The notes beneath the pieces are model-generated. The model saw only the letters and a list, made by a program, of their open reading frames with translations, had not been told where the DNA came from and did not search any database. A DNA stretch of 62,261 nucleotides, taken from contig NC_068999.1 of assembly GCF_001194135.2 (NCBI RefSeq), positions 1,837,495 to 1,899,755 of the forward strand, read 5' to 3'. The translations under genes were made by a program, and so were the position numbers. Every line of letters begins with the position of its first letter. Positions within the stretch are counted from its first letter, which is position 1. The DNA is from Octopus bimaculoides (taxonomy: Eukaryota). Below are positions 1-11,108 of the stretch, in pieces.

Positions 1-634
1 TAACTATGTGTTTGTATGCATATGTGTTTGTACACGTGTGCGTATGATTATGTACATGTTGCATGCGTATCATGTATGTGTGCATGTGTGAGGTTATCTG
101 TATGTGAACATATATACATATGTACAAATACATACACACATATGTATGTACGTAGATACGTACGTATGTATGTATGTATGTATGCATGTATGGTGACTTT
201 GAGGAGACAGCTGTGTGGCATTATATTTAATGAAAAGTTTCAAATGTTAAACAAAAACACAACGAAGGTAAGAACGGACAATTCACGCACAAAGCATGGA
301 CAGGCTCTTTCCTCGTCAGTAATCTTCCAAGACAGCATTACAATTTCGTACCTTTAACAATAATACTGTTTAGTTTTAGTAGCGTCAACAGTGAAAAGCT
401 GCTGGGAATGATGAGCGAACGTTAATGGCAAACACGAAAACAAATACGACAGAAGTTTGAGGGCCGTCGGACAAGAAGAGAAGATGTTTGTATCAGTAAG
501 GAAATGGAAAATGTCCTATAATAGGGCTGGAAACGGTGGAAAGATGAAGAAGTAGAACGAAAGGTGAGAAAATGACATGCTTCCGTTTAATTTTTGAAAC
601 TATATATACAGAAAGAGAAACTATATATATATAT

Positions 635-700
<66 letters not shown>

Positions 701-1004
701 GGGGGAGAGAGAGAGAGAGAGATAAAGGGAGACAGACAGATATGTTTCTTTATTGGCCACACTTGGCTTNNNNNNNNNNNNNNNNNNNNNNNNNNNNNNN
801 NNNNNNNNNNNNNNNNNNNAAGAGAAAAAAAACGGAGGAGGTAGAAATTCGATCAAAAGGGATCGTAAAAAAAGACAGACAGACAGACAGACAGACAGAT
901 AGATAGATAGATAGATAGATAATTCAAACAGTCAACAGACATATAAGAAATTATGTATTAAAAAACAATATTATTGAAAGATTAATATCATTTACTTCAA
1001 GAAC

Positions 1005-1055
1005 GCGAGACAACTTTCGGATTGTTTCGGCCTTATTGTGACTTCATCAGCAAAA
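1005..1055 (-). ncRNA. Degenerate type I hammerhead-ribozyme-like motif
   Basis: Minus strand reads CTGATGA-agtc acaataa ggcc-GAAAC-aa tccgaaag tt-GTC. Core boxes and stem III are present, stem II has a mismatched closing pair, and stem I pairs poorly. Confidence 0.4.
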
Positions 1056-1299
1056 CATAACTCCACTATAGTAAATGTAGAAAATTCTGTATTTACTGGC
1101 GTTGGGAAAGCAGAACTGTTTGCGAAATGAATAATTCAAAGAGAGCATATTTTATGTATCCATGGCTACAGAGTTTAATACTTATCGAAGGAAGAAAAAG
1201 AATCTTTGTGGCACTGCTATGAACATCCATCTGTTTCATAGACTGACAATCTAAAGATCTAATTAAACATTAGCTTTCAGACAGAATAGCAGATAGCAT

Positions 1300-1700
1300 A
1301 CAATAAACCTAGAATCATTTCCTATTATAAAAATGACAATAATGTTTTTTTAATGCTCAATAACGTTTTCAGTAATTCACGTAGGAAAAGAGAAAACTCT
1401 TTAATGCTGAAGCGATCTGCAAATGGTGAAAAGTTATGGTGACTTCACAATTAAATTAAAGTTATTATGACATCAATGAAATGACGTCCATTATTCCATT
1501 TGTAATTGATATAACACTGTAGCGACAGTGATAGGTTATCGATAATAATAGATATCACCAAACTTACAGAAAATGGTGAATCTAAAAAGTGTGCAAATGT
1601 TGTTGGAGTAGATTTCCACAAAGCATTTGATAACCTCTAATATTTCACTCCTACGAAATGGTTTCCAAGATGGACGTCAATTCTTTTTAATGTCGCCAGT
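1300..1700 (+). mobile_element. Decayed LINE reverse-transcriptase fragment (L1/Tx1-like)
   Basis: Frame reads IIDITKLTENGESKKCANVVGVDFHKAFDNL* (DFxKAFD RT motif at 1608-1637). An upstream K*RPL resembles the conserved NWRPI motif. Several stop codons. Confidence 0.6.
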
Positions 1701-1701
1701 C

Positions 1702-1736
<35 letters not shown>

Positions 1737-1737
<1 letters not shown>

Positions 1738-1832
1738 GAGCATCACAGCAAACCACAGCACATACCCAAGGCACACAGAGCTGCGCTCGGTAGTGAAGTG
1801 AAAGCACGTTATAAAAATAAAACTACTGAATG
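1737..1832 (+). mobile_element. Short 5'-truncated element inserted in a (TAA)n tract; probable 3' end of an R4/Dong-like LINE
   Basis: Unique 96-bp segment flanked by (AAT)n on both sides (1702-1736 and 1833-1873). A diverged second copy lies at about 7030-7130. The family assignment is inference. Confidence 0.55.
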
Positions 1833-1873
<41 letters not shown>

Positions 1874-2082
1874 TTCTACGATAGGCACACTGATGATTGC
1901 AAATTTTGGCACCAGGTCAGCAATTAGGTCAGTTACATCGTCCCAGTACTCAACTGTTACTTATTTTATCAACCCCAAAAGATGAAAGCCAAGTCAACCC
2001 CGGCGGAATTTGATGGTAAAAGGGCGGAAGAAAAACCTATTACGTAATTCTGTTGAGCACACGAATGATTCTGTTAATCCAG
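1874..2082 (-). mobile_element. SINE family B copy (tRNA head, CORE-like body)
   Basis: Reverse complement of the ccgaggtcgactttgcctttcatcctttcggggtcgataaaataagtaccag body seen at 9125-9347, ending in an (ATT)n tail. Confidence 0.75.
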
Positions 2083-2795
2083 CGATAAGAAATAACACTT
2101 TCTGATTTAGGCACCGAGCCAACAGCTTTGAGAGGAGAAGCTCCGGTATTTGAACGGGATGAAGAAAAAGATAAAAGGCAATGTGGTTCGCAGCGTTATC
2201 TGAACTCTAAACATAATGATCCGACAAACGAAGGGCTTAATCGTAATTAGATGTGCAGTCCACGCGGGCCTCAGCAGGGATGTTCATATCTGGCCTTGGA
2301 GAGCCGTATGATTATGTAACCTCCGAACCCCTCCTCCAGATTTCACACCTCTAAAGAGTTACTCGGGGCCCTTACCATCGTCTTAATTGTTGTCAGTGTC
2401 TCGATTGCTACATTGAGAGCCTCGTTGGCGGGATACGATAAGCTTCCCACTCGATATGAAACCCTCGTTGTAAACTGTCATCGTTTCGCGGTGGCGGTGT
2501 CACCCAGACCCACATAATCCTGGCTTCTAATCGCTTCACTGGTCGCATCGGGGTCAACTGATTATCGTTTTATAAGATATCAGCTTTCTTTGATGTCTCC
2601 AGTAGAATAACTCTGGCGTTTTTTCTGTTTAATTTTGTTTTTCTCTGGTTGTATGCTGGTATTGTTGTCGTTGTTGTTGTTTTTGTAGATTTTATTATTG
2701 TTCTTGATGTTATTTTTGTTTTAATGTTTGGCGTCTTTATTTTGACTCGTGTTTGGTTTTGTTCCTGGTGACCCGTCTCCCTTTTCTATGAGTAT

Positions 2796-2831
<36 letters not shown>

Positions 2832-3745
2832 ACACACACACATATACTAATACACGTATATACACAAATATACACAGACTCTTCCACATGACCACCCCTC
2901 CCTACGTACATATATACAGAAAATGTCACGGTGACCTACACTTGATGAAGTGGAAGATAACAAGACGAGAACGAGAGCGCATCAACGTTGGATGGAACGA
3001 AGGAATGTCAGCGCCAAGAATCTACTGAAATAGTTTATGCGAAGAGGAGAGAGAGGAGGAGGAGGAGGAAGAAGTGGATTATTAAAGGAGAGCGAGGGAG
3101 GGAAGAGTGAGGGGTGAGTGGGGACTGAAGGTGGCGGTGCAGTTGGCATTTAGCGGAACAAAAATATGGAATTGTTGTGAAGGGTGGTAGGTAGCAACAT
3201 GTGTCGGTGTATGTACGTGTGTAGGTCTATGTGTGCGTGTGTGCGTGTGTGCGTGGGTGCGTGTGTGCGTGTGTCCGTATGTGTGTGTATGACGGTGACT
3301 GTGTGTTTGTACATGCGTGTATTGGTGACTGTGTATACGTGTCCCGTGATTGTGTGTGCATGTGTGTGAATGTATATATATATATATGTGTGTGTGTGTG
3401 TGCCTGTGCGTGTGTATGTGTGTATGTAAGAGTGCACGTGTAATATTTATGTATTACTATGTGTGTACTTCTGCGGGTATGCGTACATACATACACTCTC
3501 ATATGATTATACACGTGGATATGTCAATACCTATACATACGCATACATACGTAAATGTTATGTGCATAATATATATATATATATATANNNNNNNNNNNNN
3601 NNNNNNNNNNNNNNNNNNNNNNNNNNNNNNNNNNNNNNNNNNNNNNNNNNNNNNNNNNNNNNNNNNNNNNNNNNNNNNNNNNNNNNNNNNNNNNNNNNNN
3701 NNNNNNNNNNNNNNNNNNNNNNNNNNNNNNNNNNNNNNNNNNNNN

Positions 3746-3812
<67 letters not shown>

Positions 3813-4649
3813 GTGTGTGTGTGTATGATTGTTTTCTCTACTTACATGCACTCATACATACATACACGTCAGGTACAGGCGTACACACAACATACATACT
3901 CATTCATTCATCAAACTCCACCCACAACCTCACACACACATGCACCCACTTAGTTATGCAGGTAGGTTTACATATTTAAGTATATAATTGAATATACACG
4001 CATATATGTAAATTGCATTTTCAGGTGTGTATATACATATATATTACATGGACACAAACTCACATGCACGCATATACACACATATACACACACATACAAA
4101 ATATATATGTGTGTATGTGTGTCTGCATGTGCGTGTGTGTGAGTGTGTGTGTCTGTGTATGTGTGCATGTGTATAGATATAAAATGTCTGTGTGCATCTA
4201 ATTTTATTACAAATGAGGAATTTTGGTAGGAAAACACCATAATTATCAAATTCTGTCAGGAGCAGGGTCGTGATAATACATACAGAACCAGCTGTTCGCT
4301 TCTTTTCTGCAAACACACGCATATGTGTGTGTGTGTGTGTGTAAATATGTTTTGTTAATCTCTGTTATGATGTTTTGCGATTCTTGTATTTCTTTCGTAC
4401 CTATAGATACTTACACATAATATATTTACATGAATTCATTTCCTATTTTTTTCGAAAAAAAATGTAACTTTCGATTGAATTCTTCACGTACACATTAGTA
4501 TGGATAACAAATAATGACTATAGTATAATTTATAAAATTAATTAAAATTAATTGTAATATTATTTAGTATTAGCGTGGTTGGGATAAAGGATATTTTTTC
4601 TGAGAACATTTTTCTTATCTCGTAGATTATTTTATCTGCCCCGCAACAG

Positions 4650-4760
4650 ATGAAAAGCAAAAATGACATCGGTGAGATTTGAAACGGCATGTAAAAGAAC
4701 CAGTAGTCATAACGCCAGATACTTTACCAGGCGCTCTAACGACTCGACCAGTTCGTCACT
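4650..4760 (-). mobile_element. Highly decayed SINE family B remnant
   Basis: gatgaaaagcaaaaatgacatcggtgagatttgaaac...ccaggcgctctaacgactcgaccagttcg resembles the reverse complement of the family B head and body. Confidence 0.45.
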
Positions 4761-5514
4761 TTGGTAAACAGAAAGCTACTCCAAACTAGATTAGAGAGAA
4801 TGCAAGAACTACGCTGACTGAGTCATCGATAGTGAATCACTACAGAGTTTCTCTGCTGGCACTTAATCGATAGACACGTGACAAGGTCTTGTGCCGAGAT
4901 TTCCTGATGTTGCATGATTGATGCTAAATATGGATATAGAACTGGGCGATATCATCGCAACAGTATTCCTATAACCAACAGGTTTATTGCAGTCGATAAC
5001 ACAACTAGTGATTACTGTGTAACATGTGAATGAGATATTGTAAATGTGATTGGGGGCATAGGTGGTGGTGGTGGTGTGTGGTGGTGGTGGTTAATACTCT
5101 TCGCAGTCTCTCGACATTCCTAGAAATGGAAACAGCGTTTCACTCAAACCATACTACACCACATTAAAAATTTTAAGTTGCAGTAGACAGGGTGGCCACG
5201 GTTAGCACGCCTGTAATGCTAGTCCTTCGGAGTTCGGTCAGTCGTAGGACCGAACAATAACAACGACTTTGATGTCTTCAAACCACGAAGTTGAGGGAAA
5301 GTTTCTTTGGAAAGTTTTTGAAATCAAATCCTCCAACATTTCTCCCTCTCTCTTCCTCTCTTTCCCTCTCTCTTTCTCTCTCTCTCTCTCCCTCGCTCTC
5401 TCTCCCTCTCTCTATCCATCTCTCACACAGATACAATTTTATTCTTCGTCTCTCTTTCTCGCTCTCTTTTTTCTCCTTCTTACATACTTTCCCTCTTTCT
5501 CTTTTTCTCTTTCT

Positions 5515-5559
<45 letters not shown>

Positions 5560-5599
5560 ATTCTTTTTTCCCTTCTCAGCTTCTTCTTCGCTTTCTCCT

Positions 5600-6800
5600 T
5601 GACAAAGTGAGTTGCAAACGTATAGAAATTCCGTTCTCAATGATGTGCAAACCTTTAAGATCCTTTCGAAACCGAAATGTATTCGTCTTAAGGAATAACA
5701 TCAAAAATTCTTCGAAAAACAAAAAAAAAAAAGAAAAAGAAAATGAAATAAAGAAAAACGCAACGAGTTTGGTTAACAAAAACAAATTCCACACAAAGCA
5801 GAGACTAATCTAAGAAAAGAAACTTCTAAACGCGTGAAACTTCTGAAGATAACAATAATATGAAGGCGAAAGTAGCTTAGGAATAAAAATTGATTGAAGA
5901 TCTTTGAAGTAATAAAACTGAAGTAACAGCCTGAATTAGAAAACTACGTAAACTAGGCTATGAATGATAAACCGGGAACAGATGGGAACATCAAATGATC
6001 TTTACAACGGATGCGGTAGTTCTGTAGAAGAGCAGGCAGTCCTTTAGAACTACTCAGAGAGATAGACAGATATATGCAAGAAAACAACGCGAAAAATAAA
6101 CACTTGGTAAAAGAGCGAAAATAACGTGAGTGATCTCTCAGCCCTTAATGAAATCAACCAGGTAAGAAGCAGAGATGAAAACTGCGAATGGCAGAAAACA
6201 AGTTTTACAGAAATAGTAAACGTAAAAGAAAAAAAAAGTAGAAGAACAGGAAATGAAAGAACTTATTAAAGAAGGAGGTGACTCAGTCTTGTATGAAGCA
6301 AACAGTTCGTCGAGAAAACTATATTTACCAAGAACTCGAGAGAAAATCAAAACGAAACAGAATCTACCGGTGCTGCACCAATAGTAAGAGTATTATTTGG
6401 TAAAGGAAGAGTGTGGAGGGTGGAGGAATTGGTGTGGGGGGAGATTGGTATAAAAGACAAAGGTGAAAACGGAAGAAACGTAGGAAGAAATAACAAGTTA
6501 AGAATTAACCGAGATATTACAGAAAATGAACAGAATCAAGGAAGCACCAAAGAATGACAAAGTGCCAGAGAAATATCAAAATGTCTTCTTTAGATCCACT
6601 TTGTACTTGCAGAACCGAGTAGTTTCACCATTCGCCATAAACGATGTTTGGATGTTGAACCATAACGACAAAAACACAAAACAAAACAAGGTATATTATT
6701 CTCCAACATGGACAAAATGAACAGACCAAGAAGATTCTATGGGGCCTCATCACCAGCAAGAAAGAACAGTCAAGTCTCCATAGAGAAACAGGCGATAGTT
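5600..6800 (+). mobile_element. Decayed RTE-like LINE remnant
   Basis: A-rich strand with fragmentary RT-region motifs (ELIKEGGD at about 6260, KQGI at about 6685), broken by stops and frameshifts. Confidence 0.45.
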
Positions 6801-7029
6801 TTAAAAAAAGAAGATAGGAGATATTGTAGTCCGGGATAAATAATATGCATAAAAGGACGGGATGGTCATGGTTGGAAGACTCTCTTCGAGGTGATTGAAG
6901 ATTATACATTACAAGCAATATAGCACCGATGGGATATCAAAGACACACACGCACACGCACGCACACGCACGCACACACACACTTACATACATACATATAT
7001 ATGTATATGCATATAAATGATTTACAGAA

Positions 7030-7130
7030 CCTAAAACAAAGCACTGCAGGTACCCAGGGTACGTGCAGCTGCGCTCGGCAAACCAATGAAAGCACTCGTT
7101 AGAAATAGGACTATGAAAAATAACACTGAT
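7030..7130 (+). mobile_element. Diverged second copy of the 1737-1832 element
   Basis: tacccagggtacgtgcagctgcgctcggcaaaccaatgaaagcactcgttagaaata aligns with tacccaaggcacacagagctgcgctcggtagtgaagtgaaagcacgttataaaaata. Confidence 0.6.
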
Positions 7131-7142
7131 AATCTCATAATT

Positions 7143-7177
<35 letters not shown>

Positions 7178-7382
7178 GAAAGAAAGAAATCAATGATAAG
7201 AGAAGTAAAACAAAACGAACGAAATGAAGATATAAAAAAATGAGAGAAGTCGGTCTGTTGTGATTATGTAAGGCGCGTTGAGGGCTTGTTTGCTCCGATT
7301 CTCTACTATTAGTTCCGGCAGAATAGCAGCGTCAACATAGCAACATGACAAATGTTTAGACAGAGAAAAGGAAGCGGAAACG

Positions 7383-7423
<41 letters not shown>

Positions 7424-7799
7424 GGGGGTGAAGAAATGAAAAATGAGGAAGCGGGGTGTCTGAGTGTGTATGTGTGTGTATGTGTATGTGTATGTGTGTA
7501 TGAGTGTGTATGTATGTAGGTATGTATGTAGGTGTGTATGTGTGTATGTATGTATGTATAGATGTGTGTATGTGTATGTGTGTATGTATGTTTGAATGCA
7601 TGTATGTATGTATATGTATGTATATGTATGTATATGTATGTATATGTATGTATATGTACGCGTGTGTACACACACACACACACACACACATTTATTTATG
7701 TGATATATATGAGGACACAGTAATTGAAAGAGAGACAGCAAGTGTGAAAGAGAGAGAGAGAGAGAGAGAGAGAGACAAAGAAAGGAAGGAAGGAAGGAA

Positions 7800-7846
<47 letters not shown>

Positions 7847-7932
7847 AACGGTAACAGAGACTCTTGGAACTGTGCCAAATATATGCAGTGCTCGTTGCTT
7901 AACGATGCAGACAATTACAGACAGCTTAGCGG

Positions 7933-8028
<96 letters not shown>

Positions 8029-8207
8029 GAAGTGTGCGTGTGTGTGTGTGTGAAGTATTGGGTGTGTAAACGTATGTAAATATCAACGTCTGTATCGTGT
8101 CTGTGTGTATGTGTTCGATCGAATAATCCATTTAGTGGTGTGAGAGGCAATGATTTACCAATCAGCAGATGTTATCGCCAATAACTAATCGAAAATAACG
8201 CACTGAC

Positions 8208-8239
<32 letters not shown>

Positions 8240-8369
8240 TACACACACACACACAACATAAAATATATACAAATACATAGATGTAAACGTGTAGAGGGGG
8301 GAAGTCTGTATTATCTAGTAACAACAACAACAACAACACGCATATCAGTTTGCCAAGAATGGAGTTCTG

Positions 8370-8555
8370 TACGTGGTTATTCAACCTGCTAAATATAGCA
8401 ACCGAATCGCCCTCAAATCACAATCTAATGAATTGAAAATCTAAAGATGTATTGGGACGTTGGCTGACGAGGTCCCTCAGATAGAAAACGAACGGATGGT
8501 CACGGCTAGAACGCCTTTGATCATAAATATGATTGATCAGATTTAGGGTTCGTCT
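8370..8555 (-). repeat. Dispersed repeat family E (unclassified)
   Basis: gatggtcacggctagaacgcctttgatcata and cctgctaaatatagcaacc are reverse complements of motifs at 46420-46600 and 48000-48140. Strand is given relative to those copies. Confidence 0.6.
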
Positions 8556-8897
8556 GGAGATAAATAACGACAGTAGCCACAGCAACAACGGATGATTGGT
8601 CCTTCGTCTTTTTCGGCGATGACTGTTCAGTTGCTTAAACATCAGAACACCGTATCCGATAAATTTAGGTTGAGACATTGTGGCACAGCCGTTTTGCCAC
8701 CACTTATTTGGCGTAGCTGAAGTTAACTTATTTGACATCGGATCTTTTCATATTTCTCCCTCTCCCCATCTCTTTCTATCTCTCCCTCTCTCTCTCTCAC
8801 TTTCTGTCTCTCTCACTGTCTCTCACGCAGATACACACACACACACACACACTCTTTCTACCTGAATGTGTATATTTCTGTGCGAGCGCGCACGTGT

Positions 8898-9060
8898 GTG
8901 TTTCGTCTATCTTCACGTTCTGAGTTCAAATCCCCTGATGTCCACTTTGCCTTTCACCCTTTCGAGATCGATAAAATAAGCACCAGCTCATCACTTCTGT
9001 CCATCTAATCGATTTATCCTCCTCTTCCGAAATGGCTGCCCTTGTGCCAAAATTGTAAAC

Positions 9061-9062
<2 letters not shown>
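8898..9062 (+). mobile_element. SINE family B copy (5'-truncated)
   Basis: B-box-like gttctgagttcaaatcc, CORE-like body, and ccttgtgccaaaatt tail followed by (ATT)n. Confidence 0.8.
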
Positions 9063-9124
<62 letters not shown>

Positions 9125-9126
<2 letters not shown>

Positions 9127-9347
9127 GGTGGCAAGCTGGACAACATGCCGGACAGCATGCGTAGCAGCATTTCGTCCGTCTTTACGTTCCGAGTTCAAAT
9201 TCCGCCGAGGTCGACTTTGCTATTCATCTTTTCGGAGGTCGATAAAATAAGTACCAGTTGTGTACTGAGGTCGATGTAATCGACTCGTTACCCCCACTCC
9301 CCACCTTATCATTTCAAGCCTTCTGCCTATGGGAGAAAGGATTATTA
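9125..9347 (+). mobile_element. SINE family B copy (near full length)
   Basis: ggtggcaagctgg head, gttccgagttcaaattccgccgaggtcgactttg body, and tail ending ggattattatt. Confidence 0.85.
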
Positions 9348-9759
9348 TTTCGAAGACAGACCAAAAGAAATCTCTTGTAGAACGCATGATTGGTCCTTCT
9401 CAACGTTCTTTCACCGCAGTCCTCCATTAAAGAAACAGTTTGCACCAAATCAATGTTGCTTAGTACAGAGAAAAATGATAATCTTTTTTTTTTTTTTTCT
9501 TGGTTTTGAGTTTTTTTAAAAGAACAATAATTGGTTTAAAAATTAAGGAATTAATGAAAGGTAAACATTTTTGTCTCGAGAAAACAAACCGAAACTTATT
9601 TCATTTTGAATATTTAATTTAAAATTGAAAATGGAAAGACGTCCTTAATTATGTTCCGTTTAACTTCAGTGCAATGAAATTATGCAATTATAATCAGAGA
9701 CTCTAGACTTGGGCTGCGATACTAATTGAGAGAATCGACGTGTAAAAGAGATTCGTTTT

Positions 9760-9975
9760 TCATGACAGGTTACTGAACTCAGAGATAGAGGAACCGGACT
9801 TTTTTTTGTCAAGAAGTCAACCAAAGCACTAATAACGCATTCGACTATGTTACTGGAAGGGTGAGAAGGGGCCTCGTCGGCTTCTGTGTCACCTTTATTT
9901 AGTATTAATCTGGAGACCGATACCTCAGCTGTCGGTAGCTTCATGATGGCCTCTTTGAGCGAGTCATCTCATAAT
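9760..9975 (-). mobile_element. Tc1/mariner (maT-like) transposase C-terminal remnant
   Basis: Minus frame SLKEAIMK...LNKGDT...IVECVISALVDFL resembles the C-terminus SLKAAI...LEVVIDAYGGFIE of the 43.2-43.8 kb element. Confidence 0.45.
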
Positions 9976-10968
9976 AGTCTTTATTTTCACATTTAAAAAG
10001 CTAACAGTGTAATCATAGAAAGAGTGTTTGGTTCTCTTAGCTAAGCAAATCTATTTCGCAGCTCATCCTAGATGCTGGAATGATGTCCGACGATAATCTA
10101 AACGACTCCATCTGAAGGCTCACGCAGATACGGTTGCAAAACGTCCCGCCATTTGTGTGGCGCTAGTGAAGTTAGGCATGTGATAATGGAGTATTTATGT
10201 CACGCTAGTGAATTTAAACATGTCGTAATGGTGTGTTCATATGGCTAATGCTGTAACATCTTTTCACATTATTCACCGTGCGTTTACTGTAGAAACGTTT
10301 ATCAAGAATAGGAGGTTTTTTTTTTTTGTTGTTTTCGCTGAACCCTTTTATTTACTGAAATGCGTCGATTCAGACAGATCAGTGCTCAACGTAAAAGCCC
10401 TCCGAGAGTTCAGTGTACTCAGACAACGTCAAATTTTTGTCTCAAATCTAAGTTCTTTTTCACAGCCTTTTTTTTTTAGTCCTTTCGTTTCGTTAAAAAC
10501 GTCTTCAAAATATGAACCCAACTTCTTAGGATCATCAGATTTGAAACAATGAAAGCCAAGTCTATCTTCATCAAATTTCAAAACTCTGTCAAACCAACCA
10601 CCAAAAATTTCCAGACAATTCCTTTTTTAAGATCCTATTGAAAATCGGTTATATTCTTCATTTATGTCTTCGTAGAATACTTGCTCACTAAATTTTATGG
10701 ACAAACTTTGCAAAATTTAACAGTTTTATCACCATTTTTATCATCTCAACCAGTTTAGCAATAACTTTGGATATATTTATAACTTTATAACCCTATTTCT
10801 TTCCTCTGCCATAAACTTGGGTTCCATTAATTATTTTTAAAGCCTTTCATATTTAATTAACATCTATTCTGACCTCAACATTCTATTTATTTATATATTT
10901 ATTCCTATTTTCTCTCTCCTGTTTTATAGCATTGATTCTTAGTCTCTCCAATTCTCCTCTCCTTTTTT

Positions 10969-11008
<40 letters not shown>

Positions 11009-11038
11009 CCTGTCTCTGTCTCTGTCTCTCTCTCTCTG

Positions 11039-11108
<70 letters not shown>

